A stretch of 39,326 nt of DNA, from contig RBNJ01000145.1 in NCBI GenBank assembly GCA_003990765.1, positions 1 through 39,326 on the forward strand. The letters run 5' to 3'. The number at the start of each line of letters is the position of its first letter. The stretch's first letter is position 1. The notes under the pieces were generated by a model. It did no database searches and had not been told where the DNA came from. It was given only the letters and a program-made list of their open reading frames with translations. This document shows positions 28,420 through 39,326 of the stretch, one piece after another. The position numbers and the translations under genes are program-made. Source of the DNA: Jimgerdemannia flammicorona (Eukaryota).

Positions 28420-31400
28420 TATGTAAGAATGACCTATCCGCGACTCTCAGAATATTCGTATTTTTACATGCGATATAGAAAGAAAAAAAGAAAAAAAAAG
28501 GAAAGTAAAAATAGAATAGAACCTTCTGAATAAGCTTCACTAGTACATCGCCGACAAACAGCGCAGCAGATTCGGTTTGCGCAGGTTGAAGCAACTTCGC
28601 AACGAACTGAACAATATAATCCAATCCAGACTTGCCGGTGGCGTCTCGCCTTTGTTGACAAAACATGAATGTGCATGGGAAAGGCAACAGGAAATTTTGT
28701 AAGTCCTTCACCGTATTTGTAACTATCTTATATTTTCCCGGCTTTGAGGAAGTAAATATGTGCATACCATTGAACGATGTTTGTGCTATCTTTTTGAACC
28801 AAAAACTTAAGGCAATCTTCCCCGCTCTGTAGGACGTCCCTGTCCTCAGTGGCCCATAGCAGGTGCATGAGCGGCAAGAAGATTTGCTGTGTGTACTGCG
28901 GGGGCAAGGACGACGGCCCGCCACGTACGAGCGCAGTAACCAAGTCAATTGCGGACTGGGACAGGAGATTTAGGTAATGGGTTAGAACGATTGGTGGTCC
29001 GGAAAGAGGAGAAATCGAAGCAAGATCGATGCAACGAGTGGGTCTGGGAGAGGCCAATACTCACGGACAACATTGGCGAATCCTCAGTGCCACTTGTTAG
29101 AGTACTATGGAGGAGTGGGAGCGCGCGGGCGGAGAGTGCAGGGTAAAGAGCTTGATTGCGAGCCAGCTCTTCAAACAGGTCCATAACGACCCCAGCAACG
29201 ATGTGATCTGTTGACAATATAAAAAAAATAAAAATAAAAAAAAACCTCAGTACCACGATATTATCACATAACGTTTCGCAATCAACGTGCCTGCAGGATA
29301 TTTCTGCCAAATGTCCAACACCAGTGGCACAACGGCACCCTCGTACTGGGCAGTCACATTTTCATCCAACTGAAATATATTGTGAAGTTCATTATCAAAA
29401 ACTGATCGTATGACTCGGTGGCGCTTGGGTTGCAAAGTATACGTTCACAAACCTTGGCAGCGGCCATTAGAGTTTCCAACACGAGGATCAACGAATCTTC
29501 AGTTGCCGACGGCAGGAGTTGGCAGGCACCCTCGAGGATGTTAGCCTGGTAGGGAGCGACGGATTCCCTATTGAGGTACTGGCAGAAACTACCACGGTAG
29601 AGGTGTTAGTTTGTAAGGCATGTGGCTTACGCTTTCCCAATAATTATTTGAAAGCTAACACTAAGAACGCTCACTTGTTCATCGCTTTCAAAGCCGAAAT
29701 CTTGACTGGGATCGTCGCCGCAGAAGCTTGAAGCGCCGTCACGGCTGCGACCACGTACTGGTTTGACAGATTCGCAGGCAGGATACGGGCAAACTGGCTT
29801 GCAAAAACAAAGGCGCGACCTTGGCTAAAGGGATACTCTGCAAAGCATGAAAGGACCATGGAACAGAATGATTCACGGTTAATTGCATTGCCCCTATGTC
29901 AAAGTATTCGCAACATGGTATATGGTTGTCCAAGTAAACTAAAAATAATAAAGCAAGCAAAATGACATACCCGTCGATTTTATATGCTCTAACACAACGT
30001 GATCAAACAAGCCAGCTAAATCAAACTGCACGCCAGACTGCTTATCCTGGATAGCGTCTATCAGCTCTTCCGAGGTCCGGCCAATAGCCAAAAGACAAGC
30101 TTCCTGGATCTTCCACCTGCAGCATGATAAAGATAGAGAATAAAGTGTACGAAGTAATGTTATAACCTTATGGGCTCCAGTTGGGACGCAAGTATAAAGA
30201 AAAAGGCACGTAAACGCATACCAATCGGGATTTCCTGTCGTGCGCGCTTTGTTCGATTCCTCTAGGTGTTTTTGAACTCCGAACGACAGAGCGTCAAAAA
30301 ACTTTTCGGGAAATTTTTCCAACAAAATCTAGTTGGATTTGGAAACACATAACTGCATTAAAATACTGAAAATTGTGCCATTATGCAGACAGAACTATCC
30401 TCGTTCATCCACTAATCACTGTGTTCCGTGTTCTATCCCGAGTATTTAACATACCAGAAGTAAGTCCTCGGCGGCAATGCGAACGTTGAAATTGTACGTG
30501 TCGTCCTCCCCGTCCGCAACGAATTGGTTGGCGTCTGTCAACCACGTTTCAACCTGAATTCGAACAAACAAAAAACAAAAAAAAAAAAATAGAAATGGAA
30601 ATGGACATATAGTAAGCTTTTCTGTGTATTGCGATGCCATTTTACTCATCTTTGTATCAAACATTAGCCTTTCGCTGCAACATCATTGCAATGATCGTGG
30701 ATTACAAAACATAAATGATTCTCAATCTCCCGGCTCTTTTTAAATATATATATACGGCAAATAAACCCATACCTGCTCCTCCGTCATCTGCATATAGCTC
30801 AAAATCATGTACACCACCTCCTTCAAAAGTTCACCATCTCCCTTAGGTCCCAAGAACAGGGTGCGAGTGTTCTTCTTCCTCGCTGCCAACCCAAAGAACT
30901 CAAACTGTTCAAACAGCAACGTCTCAAACCCGATCACCTCGCCGTCCGAGTCCTGGAAGGTCTCGTAGTCGACCGCGCCTTCATGCCGCACAAATTCGTT
31001 GACGTAACGCTCGCGAAGGTGGATGAGGTCGAGCCAGATGGGCTCGAGTATGCTGGTGAGGTGCGGGACGACATACTTGGGGAAGCTTCGGATGGTCAAC
31101 GTGAGAGTCTGCGATGTGAACACGTTCAAAGGATAGAAATGGGCACAGCGACATCATTATTAAATGGTGAAAATGCACGCATTCGATCTGTATGTATTCC
31201 AAATAGAGATCACATCACAAAATCCATTACAACACTAGCTGCCCATCCATTTTCCTTACTTGTAGACACCGGTGCCTACACCACGTATTTTCCTTGACTA
31301 TCAACCAACCTTAACAACTTCCATCTTTAACCCGTACTCCGCCATCTGGAGTTCTTCGTTTCCCTGAGTTCGATGCTTCAAGATTCGCACAAACGCCTCG

Positions 31401-32736
31401 ATCCATTGCGCCATCACGGGTTGCAAAAACTGTTCTGCGCTCTCTGGATGCTCCTCCTTCAGCGTGAAGAGCATCTCAATACAGTGTCGGAAAATGGCGA
31501 CAGCGCGGCCGCGCGTGCGCGGGAAATAAACCTACGTATTCAGCACATCAGAACGAGTGATGAGGACGCTTCGGTTGAAAAGGACGACGCCCTGTGAGAA
31601 AGAAACCTCCACAAAAAGAGGAATCCAAGATGGAATACGTACATTATCTGTCATTAAAACTCGCAACAGTTCGGGACATAAGACAGGCGCGATATGGGGG
31701 AATTGCTGATCCGTCACCTCATTCGATACGAACTCTAAGGATTGGATGAAACGAGGCCAAGGTGAGATAGTCACGTAAAATGGACCAAAAACACGCGTAC
31801 GAGAACGATGTAGACAAATGGACACACCTGTCAGCACGCGCATCGCGCCATGCACCTGCTCGGTCGAACCGCCTTTGAGATGCACAAGCAATAGGTCAAA
31901 TAGATTCGGCCACTGCTCAGGCCAGTCGTTGTGTGCAATTTTGGAGACCACATAGGCCTGAAAAATCGGGCAGGAAGGTACAAAGACCCCGTTTATAATG
32001 TTAGTATCTTGCTTCGACTCGAATGGGAAACGACGCAGAAGTACGGATAATGAATGGTACGTACGCATGCAATGCGTATCTTGCTGTCCGAATCTGATAG
32101 ACCATTGAAAACAAGTTCCCTGACGACTTGCTTCGTCTGTTTAAAGAGAAACCCATGCGTTAGTCCACAATGGAAGAGCTGTTGAGCAATATATCTTGTT
32201 TAGCCCATTGGCTATCCAAAACATAGTAAGATAAATTTCACTCACGGCCTCCGGGGGTTCGGGGCCTCTGAATTTGTCGCTTTTGGAAGCCCAGTGAGTA
32301 TCAGCATAATTCTTGAGATTAAAGGCTGCGGAGTGGAAACAACAGGAAGCACGGAGAGCGATAGGTCAAGGAAGCTAGGCGATAGTAGTAATGGAGGACG
32401 AGGTTTGAAATCTTGAACGCGCATGCAGGAAGGATATTTGACGCTGCGGAATGGTTAATTCCTTGGTGAGGGTCAGCTTCGTGAGGCTAATAGGGAATTC
32501 TGATTGGGGCAAAGAAGAGGGGACATGCAATGCTTCGTGAGCCAAAGGATAACGCGAGATTCTTGGGTAGGCGCGTTGTTCTGATCGCGTCAAAATCTCG
32601 GCTAGCGCGTTGCGGGCGGCAAGGATGGCTTACCTGGGAGTTTCTCGAGTTCTCTGAGGTTCAACTCGGCGGTCATTCGCACGTTGGGGTCGTCGGCGAG
32701 GACCTGTGACAAAGTCTCGAAAACGGCTTGGTCCAT
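26837..32736 (-). CDS. IPO9: Importin-9 / Kap114 (multi-exon)
   Basis: DDPNVRMTAE, RQ|SAAFNLKNYADTHW, IAHNDWPEQWPNLF, YMQMTEEQVETWLTDANQFVADGEDD, WKIQEACL, IMTRSR, acidic loop. ATG at 32736, TAG at 26837-26839. Confidence 0.94.
29208..29290 (-). other. GC-AG intron in importin-9
   Basis: CAG|GCACGT donor joins KYPA-D-HIVAGVVMDLF in frame; the nearby GT donor gives the wrong phase. Confidence 0.72.
32333..32437 (-). other. U12-type AT-AC intron in importin-9
   Basis: 5' ATATCCTT, branch TTCCTTGAC (32365-32373), 3' CCAC; removal restores PQRQ|SAAFNLK. Confidence 0.92.
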
Positions 32737-33077
32737 GGGCTTTTTTTGTTGGGTGAAGAGGATGTGTGAGAAGAGACACGGCAGACCGCGAATTTATTAG
32801 CAGTCCATCAACAAAATTGGTGCACGCGCCACACGCACGCGCCACCATGGACGAGGCGTACATAGAACTTTATGAGTGGAGTGTTGGAGTGGTGTCTCTA
32901 TTCCTTCCTTTCTCCTTTCCGGGGCCGTCGGTGCTTCGTGCAGTGGTTGGATCATCATTACCTTGTCGCCTCCTTCGCAAAATATAATATGACCATAAAT
33001 GTCTTGTCACATGACCAGCCAGATCACGTACAAAGGTCCAAAGGTGTGCCTTCCTTCAGTCACAAACTCCTCATAAA

Positions 33078-34974
33078 ATGAGTAACAAGCGATTCCAAAA
33101 CATCAGCAAGTTCAGGAACTCGTTAGGCAAACCCGTAAAAAAAGAGGTACGTCCGCAGTGCTCATTCCCTCACGGACAACTTGGAACTGCGTCGTACTTA
33201 GCACTCCTTCCTCACTCTCTCCTTCAGCTTTGGTACTCGGACCTCCCAATCAACACGTCCAGCTCGTCTGAGGCATCCAACCTAATTGCCGTCAGCTCTA
33301 AATGGTTAGCCATCAAGTGGAATTTTGGAGGTTCGTTCAAACTGCCTAATATAATTTCTTTCGTTCTTTGATACTCTCATGCAGGCGTCTATCTCACTCA
33401 TTTTCATTTTCTACAGCCGGTGGTACTCTAGGTATTCTCCCCATTAATCAAGTCGGCAAGTTCAATGCCGCCGGCCCCGCGCCCCTTCTCGACGCTCATA
33501 CCTCCTCCTTAAGCGACTGGGATTTCTCCGAGTTTGATAGTGATTTGCTGGCGACAGGCGCTGAAGATGGGGTGGTAAATAAAAGCCGTATATATTATAT
33601 AATAATATGTGTATATTATTGACGACACGCGAACTGATTCCAATCGCTTCTTTACTATTATTCGCTTCAAAGGTGAAAATCTGGAAGATCCCAGAGCAAG
33701 GCCTTGAAGCCACGGATGAAGCTCAAAAACCCATCTTAACGATAACGGGTCACGGAAGAAGGGTTGAATCCCTGCGATTCCACCCAACGGCCGACAAGGT
33801 GTTCCTCGCAAACCGTTCTCCTAGTCCTTTGCTTTCCAAATGGAACCCACTAATTAATTGAATTGAAACTCCATGCCAACAGATATTGACCACGTCGTTC
33901 GCCAAAGAGATTAGAATTTGGGACATCAACGCTCAAACTGACCTCTCCAACCCATCACTCGTGCTCGCCAATCATGGCGACATCGTGCAGTCATTTGCGT
34001 GGAAGGGTGACGGGTCTTTGCTTGGGTCCACTTCAAAGGATTTGATAGTTAGAGTATGGGATCCTAGAGTAAACCCTGGAGAGGCCGTTACCGTAAGTAT
34101 TTTTTATTGCGCACTTGGTAATCATGTAATATCAGGTATTCTGACTCAAAAATATTTGTTTTGTTCTACGTGATCTTATTGCTCTTTTTATGCAGTCTGG
34201 CAAGAGCCACCAGGGCCCCAAAGCTTCTCGCGTCACGTGGCTTGGGAACCGCGACCAGATGCTCACGACCGGTTACGACAAGGTTGATGATACACCATCT
34301 TCACCCTCTTCGCTCTTAATTTTTACTGGAATTTGACATTTTGCTTTACCATTTTCAAATAGATGCGATACCGTCAATACTCGCTTTGGGACGTACGCGA
34401 CCTCTCCAAACCAATTGTTATGAATACAATGGACGCAGGGACGGGATTGATCATTCCGCTCTTCGATGAGGACACGAATAAGCTGTTTTTGATCGGAAAG
34501 GTAATTCTAATCTGCAAATCTGTTTTTCGACCTTCTCACAATTAACAATCGCATTTGCGATCAAACCATACAGGGCGACGGAACGATAGGATCCATAGAG
34601 ATTAGTGAGGACCTGAAACCGAGCATCGAAGCTAGTAGGCCCTGCTCTACCACCGTCCCACAATACGGCGCCGCATTGCTGCCGAAACGATTGTTGGACG
34701 TGATGCAGGCCGAAATTGCACGGTTGATGGTAGTCACGGCGAACGCAATCGTCCCGGTGTCGTTCGACATACCGAGGAAGGTCAGTTGAGAATGTTGTTT
34801 TGAGGGATGATGAAGTGAGGTGGTACAGTTGACGACAGCACAGGCCCAGGAACGAAGAGTTTAAAGTCAGACGTTTGTTTCTGAATAGCAATATCTCGAT
34901 TTCCATGCGGAACTTTTTCCGGATACGAAAGGAGATGGTAAATTTATTTGCGTGCATTCAGTCTAAGTAGATTT

Positions 34975-35010
<36 letters not shown>

Positions 35011-37942
35011 TTCAACTCAATTACCACGTAAACCGATATCAAATGGCCATATTTATTAGTTCCAGCGTTGACCGCCGCCGAATGGCTCACGGGAGAAACA
35101 AAACTCGTCGCCAAGGTCTCTTTGGACCCCAAAAACAAGAAGCCTCAACAATTGCCTGCCTCGAGTACCACATCAGTAATATCACCCCCCGCAACGACAC
35201 AGACGCCGACTCAGGCCCCCATTCCCGCCGCCACATCCTCACTAGCACCACAGGCCCCAGTAGCTGCAATACCTACCGTACAAGGCACTGTTAACACTGC
35301 AGTGACATCGCCAACAATTCCTTTATCGCCGATAACCGTCACCTCACCCACTGCTGCCTCGCGCTTCGCCCCAACTCGGACGTCGTATTATCGCTATATC
35401 GAGGGCAAACCCTATCACCCCAGTCAGCATTACGACGATCTCCGGGGCCTAAGCACTAACAAAAGCAGCGAATTCGATTTGATTCAGGTGGGGTTACGCA
35501 TATGCTTTTTTTTTTTTTTGGCGAAAATCTGGGATTGCTATTTGTTCCTTTACCTCATTGATCACTACCCCCTCTCGCCTTCTGTCCATATCCTTTGTCC
35601 TTCCCACGAAAGGTGAACCGTCTCTTCATTGCGGTCACTCTCTCGGGAGCCGGTGGCCGGATCGGCATCTTCCCAGTGAGCAAGCCTGGCAGATTACCCG
35701 TGAAAATATCGGCCGTTATGTGCAGTGCCGAGGTGACGGATTTCAAATTTGATCCGTTTGATCCGACTGTGCTTGTTACTTGTAGGTCTTGTGCAGGCTT
35801 TCGATCATGCAATATTCGGATGATGTGTCATCATCATATGGTGATAGTGACAGTGTGAGTGTATTGACTGTTCTTTTCATTGCAGCTTCTGATGACGCTA
35901 AGATCAGAGTATGGAAAATTCCCGAAGAGGGTCTTGTTGATGACGTTGCGGAACCGACCGCCGTGCTTTCAGGTATTTATCTAAGCGAATAGCTCTTTCT
36001 ACTCCTTTAATACAACGATTCCATAAGGTGGATTCCACAATTACCTGTCTATTGTACTTGTTGATTTAATAAATAGCTCCTCATATGGACCGGATCTCGC
36101 ACCTGGTCTTTAACCCAACGGTCAAGAACGTGCTTCTCTCGGCCTCCGCCGACCGGGGTAATTCAACGATTCGAATCTGGGATATTGAAGCAAGGAAGGA
36201 GAAAATCGCATTGACAGGATCTCATAATGATGTGGTAAGTCATGGGTTATGGCTTCCGTTTGGTGTAGGTTGATATCGTTACGGAAAACAACGATATCCA
36301 TGCACTTTTCTTCAGATCTATAGCGCCATATGGAGCTATGATGGGCAATTAATCGCGACCACCAGCAAGGACAAGAAGGTGCGGATATTTGATGCGCGGA
36401 CGAAAGAGAAAATCACGGTTCGTTACCACTTAATTTCTTGGAAATATGACCCTGGCATCGATGCTCCAATTGGCATATTATAAGTTGATGGCACTGATTT
36501 CACGGACTGCCATGCAGGAGGGGCCCAGCCACGACAGTGTCCGAGCGTCACGTTTAGTATGGCTTGGGGAAACTGGCAGACTTGCCAGCATTGGCTTCGG
36601 AAGGTTAGCCTTTTTTTTTTTTTTTCATCGTTTGGGTGATCACCTGTGTTCACCATGTTGTATCATTTTCCATTGTTTACAGGGGTTCGTCGCGAGAAAT
36701 TATCGTGTATAATACCGCCGATTTATCGACAGGAGCCGTCGATAAGAAGTCAATAGACGTATCCCCCAGCTCAATGGTGCCATATTATGACACTGATTGC
36801 TCAATTCTGTACCTTGCTGGTAGCGTATGTTGGCAATTTCAAATTATTCTCATTCAAGAACTGTTGATACGCTCGAAATAAATCTGATGTTATCCCTGAA
36901 CTTGTGCTACGATGTTAGGGGGACCGATCGATACATACCTACGAGGTTACTATTCACCCTTCCAACTCGGGGAACAAGGTTCCCATCATCAATTCTCTGC
37001 CCACTGTCGAATTGCTGACCCTTCAACAAGGCTTTGCCTTCACGCCTAAACGACATTGCAATGTGAGAGCCGTCGAAATAGCCAAAATGTACCGGCTCAC
37101 CCCTACGAGCGTTGAAACCATCGGAGTGAATGTGCCTAGGTCGAGGGTGAGTGGGTTTTGTCTGAAGAGCTTACTTCCATATGTTTTTTAGTCTTTGATG
37201 GATTTCGATCTCAACCTTCTAACTTGACGTGATCAGACTGAATTCTTCCAAGACGACATCTTCATCCCCACTCATGACATTGAGAATCCATCTTTGGACT
37301 CTGTTGCATGGTTTGCCGGGGAAAACAAAGAACTTCGTCGTGTGGATCTGAGACCGGTTGATATGACTCCCTGTATGTCGACTGGGTCTCGCGTTGAATT
37401 GTGGTCAGTGAGATTCGGTAATTGAAATTTTCTCTCAACTACTAATTGGCTTATTGTGGCAAATAGTATCACAGGCACCTCCCCCGGTAATCGCGCATAA
37501 GAAAGAGGTTGTCCGCGAAACCATCAATTCCAACGTGACTTCCTCGAATGACCAGGTGCGGATGTTACCTTTGAAACATGGACACACGCACAAAGAAAGA
37601 AAAGAAACGAAACGAAAAGCTATGGGAAGGAACGCTGATATTTTCGATCATATTGAAAACAAATTGGGGGTTTAGATTACTAGCTATCGGAGCAGTTTGC
37701 ATATGTAATCGGCGCTTCACATTAATTCTGTTGCCTTTTTTTTTTTTTCAGTTCAAAAATATGCTCAACACAGACAAGAGCACTGACCAAGAGAACAGCG
37801 ATGATCTTCCGCAGAATGCTTTGGAAGGAGTTGCAGACGAGGAGTGGGTGAGTAGGCATTTCTTCGTTTTTCATATATTTAGACCTACCATGTATTCACG
37901 ATTTTCTGGCCTTTCGACTATTTGCGTACACAGGACGATTGA
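33078..37942 (+). CDS. CORO7: Tandem (type III) coronin, coronin-7/POD-1-like, multi-exon
   Basis: SKFRN N-terminus and two coronin WD40 propellers (LLATGAEDGVVKIWKIP; DFKFDPFD...DDAKIRVWKIP). Pro/Thr-rich linker, VPRSRTEFFQDDIF, acidic end EGVADEEWDD*. Confidence 0.9.
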
Positions 37943-38721
37943 GAAACACACACTTTGTACCTTAACATTGCCTCCCTTTGGAACACGTATATACCAGCTT
38001 GGGTTTAAATTAGTGTGGTGAATCAGACGGAACGTCTGAGCAACTGGGAGGGAAAGAAATGTGCACTCCAGCATAACCAACCTGCGATCAAAATTACTGT
38101 TGCAAACTACTTATAGACAATCCGATTGAGTTGGTATTAGATACGCACCGATTGGAAAATGTGCACAGGCGCATTGATCAAAGTCACTTGCCAAGGAACT
38201 TCGAACGTGGCCAATTCACAACCAATGAGATGCCATATATGTTGCGCAAGATGGAATGCTGCGGTTCGTCATAATGTTCTGCTCGCAGCGTCCGTCCTGC
38301 GTTAATCCAGGGCCCCCAGAAGCTGTAAGGCCTTCAATCCGAACAGCTGACGGAATGCACTCCGAACTCGGCCGAACAGATCAACAACCTATACCTCCCT
38401 ATACCTGTCTCCCAGAAGCAACCATAGAATCCTGGGAATCCGACAACTTAACTAAAAGTCAAGTGGGGAAGTGGCACAGGGTTTCGCTTCGCCTCAGAGC
38501 CTCAGAACACTGTGAGGTGAGGCGTATACTAAGGCTTAAATCACGTGAGGTAGCCCGATTGAGCCATTTTGAAGCCGCCTTCGGGACGCGTGGATGCTGA
38601 TTGGTGGCTGCTCACTGCGGCACAGACCTCAGATGCAGGGGATATATGTTACCGCACATAGAACCATTGTCCAAAATAACCCTTCTCACTCGAAAACACC
38701 TCACAGCTGCTTTACGAAATA

Positions 38722-39173
38722 ATGTCTACACCACCTTTCACCAATGTTTTGGTTGTTAACACAACTAGCAACCTCGGCCGCCCCGTTGTCGACGAGTTGC
38801 TGAGCCACGGCGGTTACAACGTTCACGCCTTGGCGAGGCCCGAGCATAAGAACGTGAGTATGCGAGCTATGCATACAAGTGGGAACAGAATGGGCGTGTT
38901 GGTGGTGGACGGTGGATTGTGAGGGACAAGTCGAACGGAAGAACAAGGTAGCAGTGAGGAAATACAGCGTGAAACATGTTGAGGAAACATATCCATCAAT
39001 ATGCTCGAGATAGATCACCCGGATCTCTCGAAAGCCACAACTAACCCCGCTTCAAAACATTCGGCTCTAGCACGATGAGCAAGGCAAGATCCTCGACGCT
39101 TACGCAGAACGCGGGGTTAAGATCCACTACGCCGAGCTGAACGAACATGTGCAACTCGTCGGGATTTTTAAAG
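38722..39173 (+). CDS. NmrA/isoflavone-reductase-like Rossmann protein (first two exons; continues beyond window)
   Basis: MSTPPFTNVLVVNTTSNLGRPVVDELLSHGGYNVHALARP...|...AERGVKIHYAEL...LVGIFKG; GTGAGT/TAG intron 38854-39070. Confidence 0.7.
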
Positions 39174-39326
39174 GTAAGTTGTTTAATTTACTTTCGGGAC
39201 CCGTGAACCACTCTGCATGAATGTGTTGGACACCCGAATCGATGGTTGCTATCAATTCACCCATTGTTATAATACCTTGCCACGTCTTATATTTGACCAA
39301 TTTTTTTTTTTTTTTTTTTTTTTTTT

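Noticed and set aside
38440-38560. Possible TPP riboswitch upstream of the NmrA-like gene
   Set aside because: The conserved CUGAGA and downstream core motifs are not present in the right arrangement.

Overview
Gene-dense, intron-rich eukaryotic DNA. It is most consistent with an early-diverging fungus (Mucoromycota-like; inferred from gene content, mostly 70-200 nt introns and a minor-class intron). By splicing exons manually I find 13 apparently intact genes: a divergent cystathionine beta-synthase-like gene (5'-truncated), PIG-S/GPI17, VMA5, GCP3/SPC98, COX11, a DDIAS-like OB-fold gene, an SRSF7-like SR protein, a 2OG-Fe(II) dioxygenase, THOC5, importin-9, a tandem coronin-7 and an NmrA-like gene (3'-truncated) account for 12, with the split DDIAS-like C-terminal ORF as a possible 13th if it is not spliced on. 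There are also two decayed genes: an NADP-dependent oxidoreductase and a STAND-like P-loop NTPase. The most interesting signals lie in splicing architecture that the ORF track misses. (1) The SR-protein gene appears to stack several unproductive-splicing switches: a 16-nt microexon with a GC donor competing with a frameshifting GT donor, a candidate poison exon after the zinc knuckle, a NAGNAG acceptor and a 3'UTR intron. (2) Importin-9 has a clear AT-AC U12-type intron. (3) There is a fungal DDIAS-like gene. (4) The CBS paralog has eroded active-site motifs. All gene models are hand-derived and not validated by RNA data.
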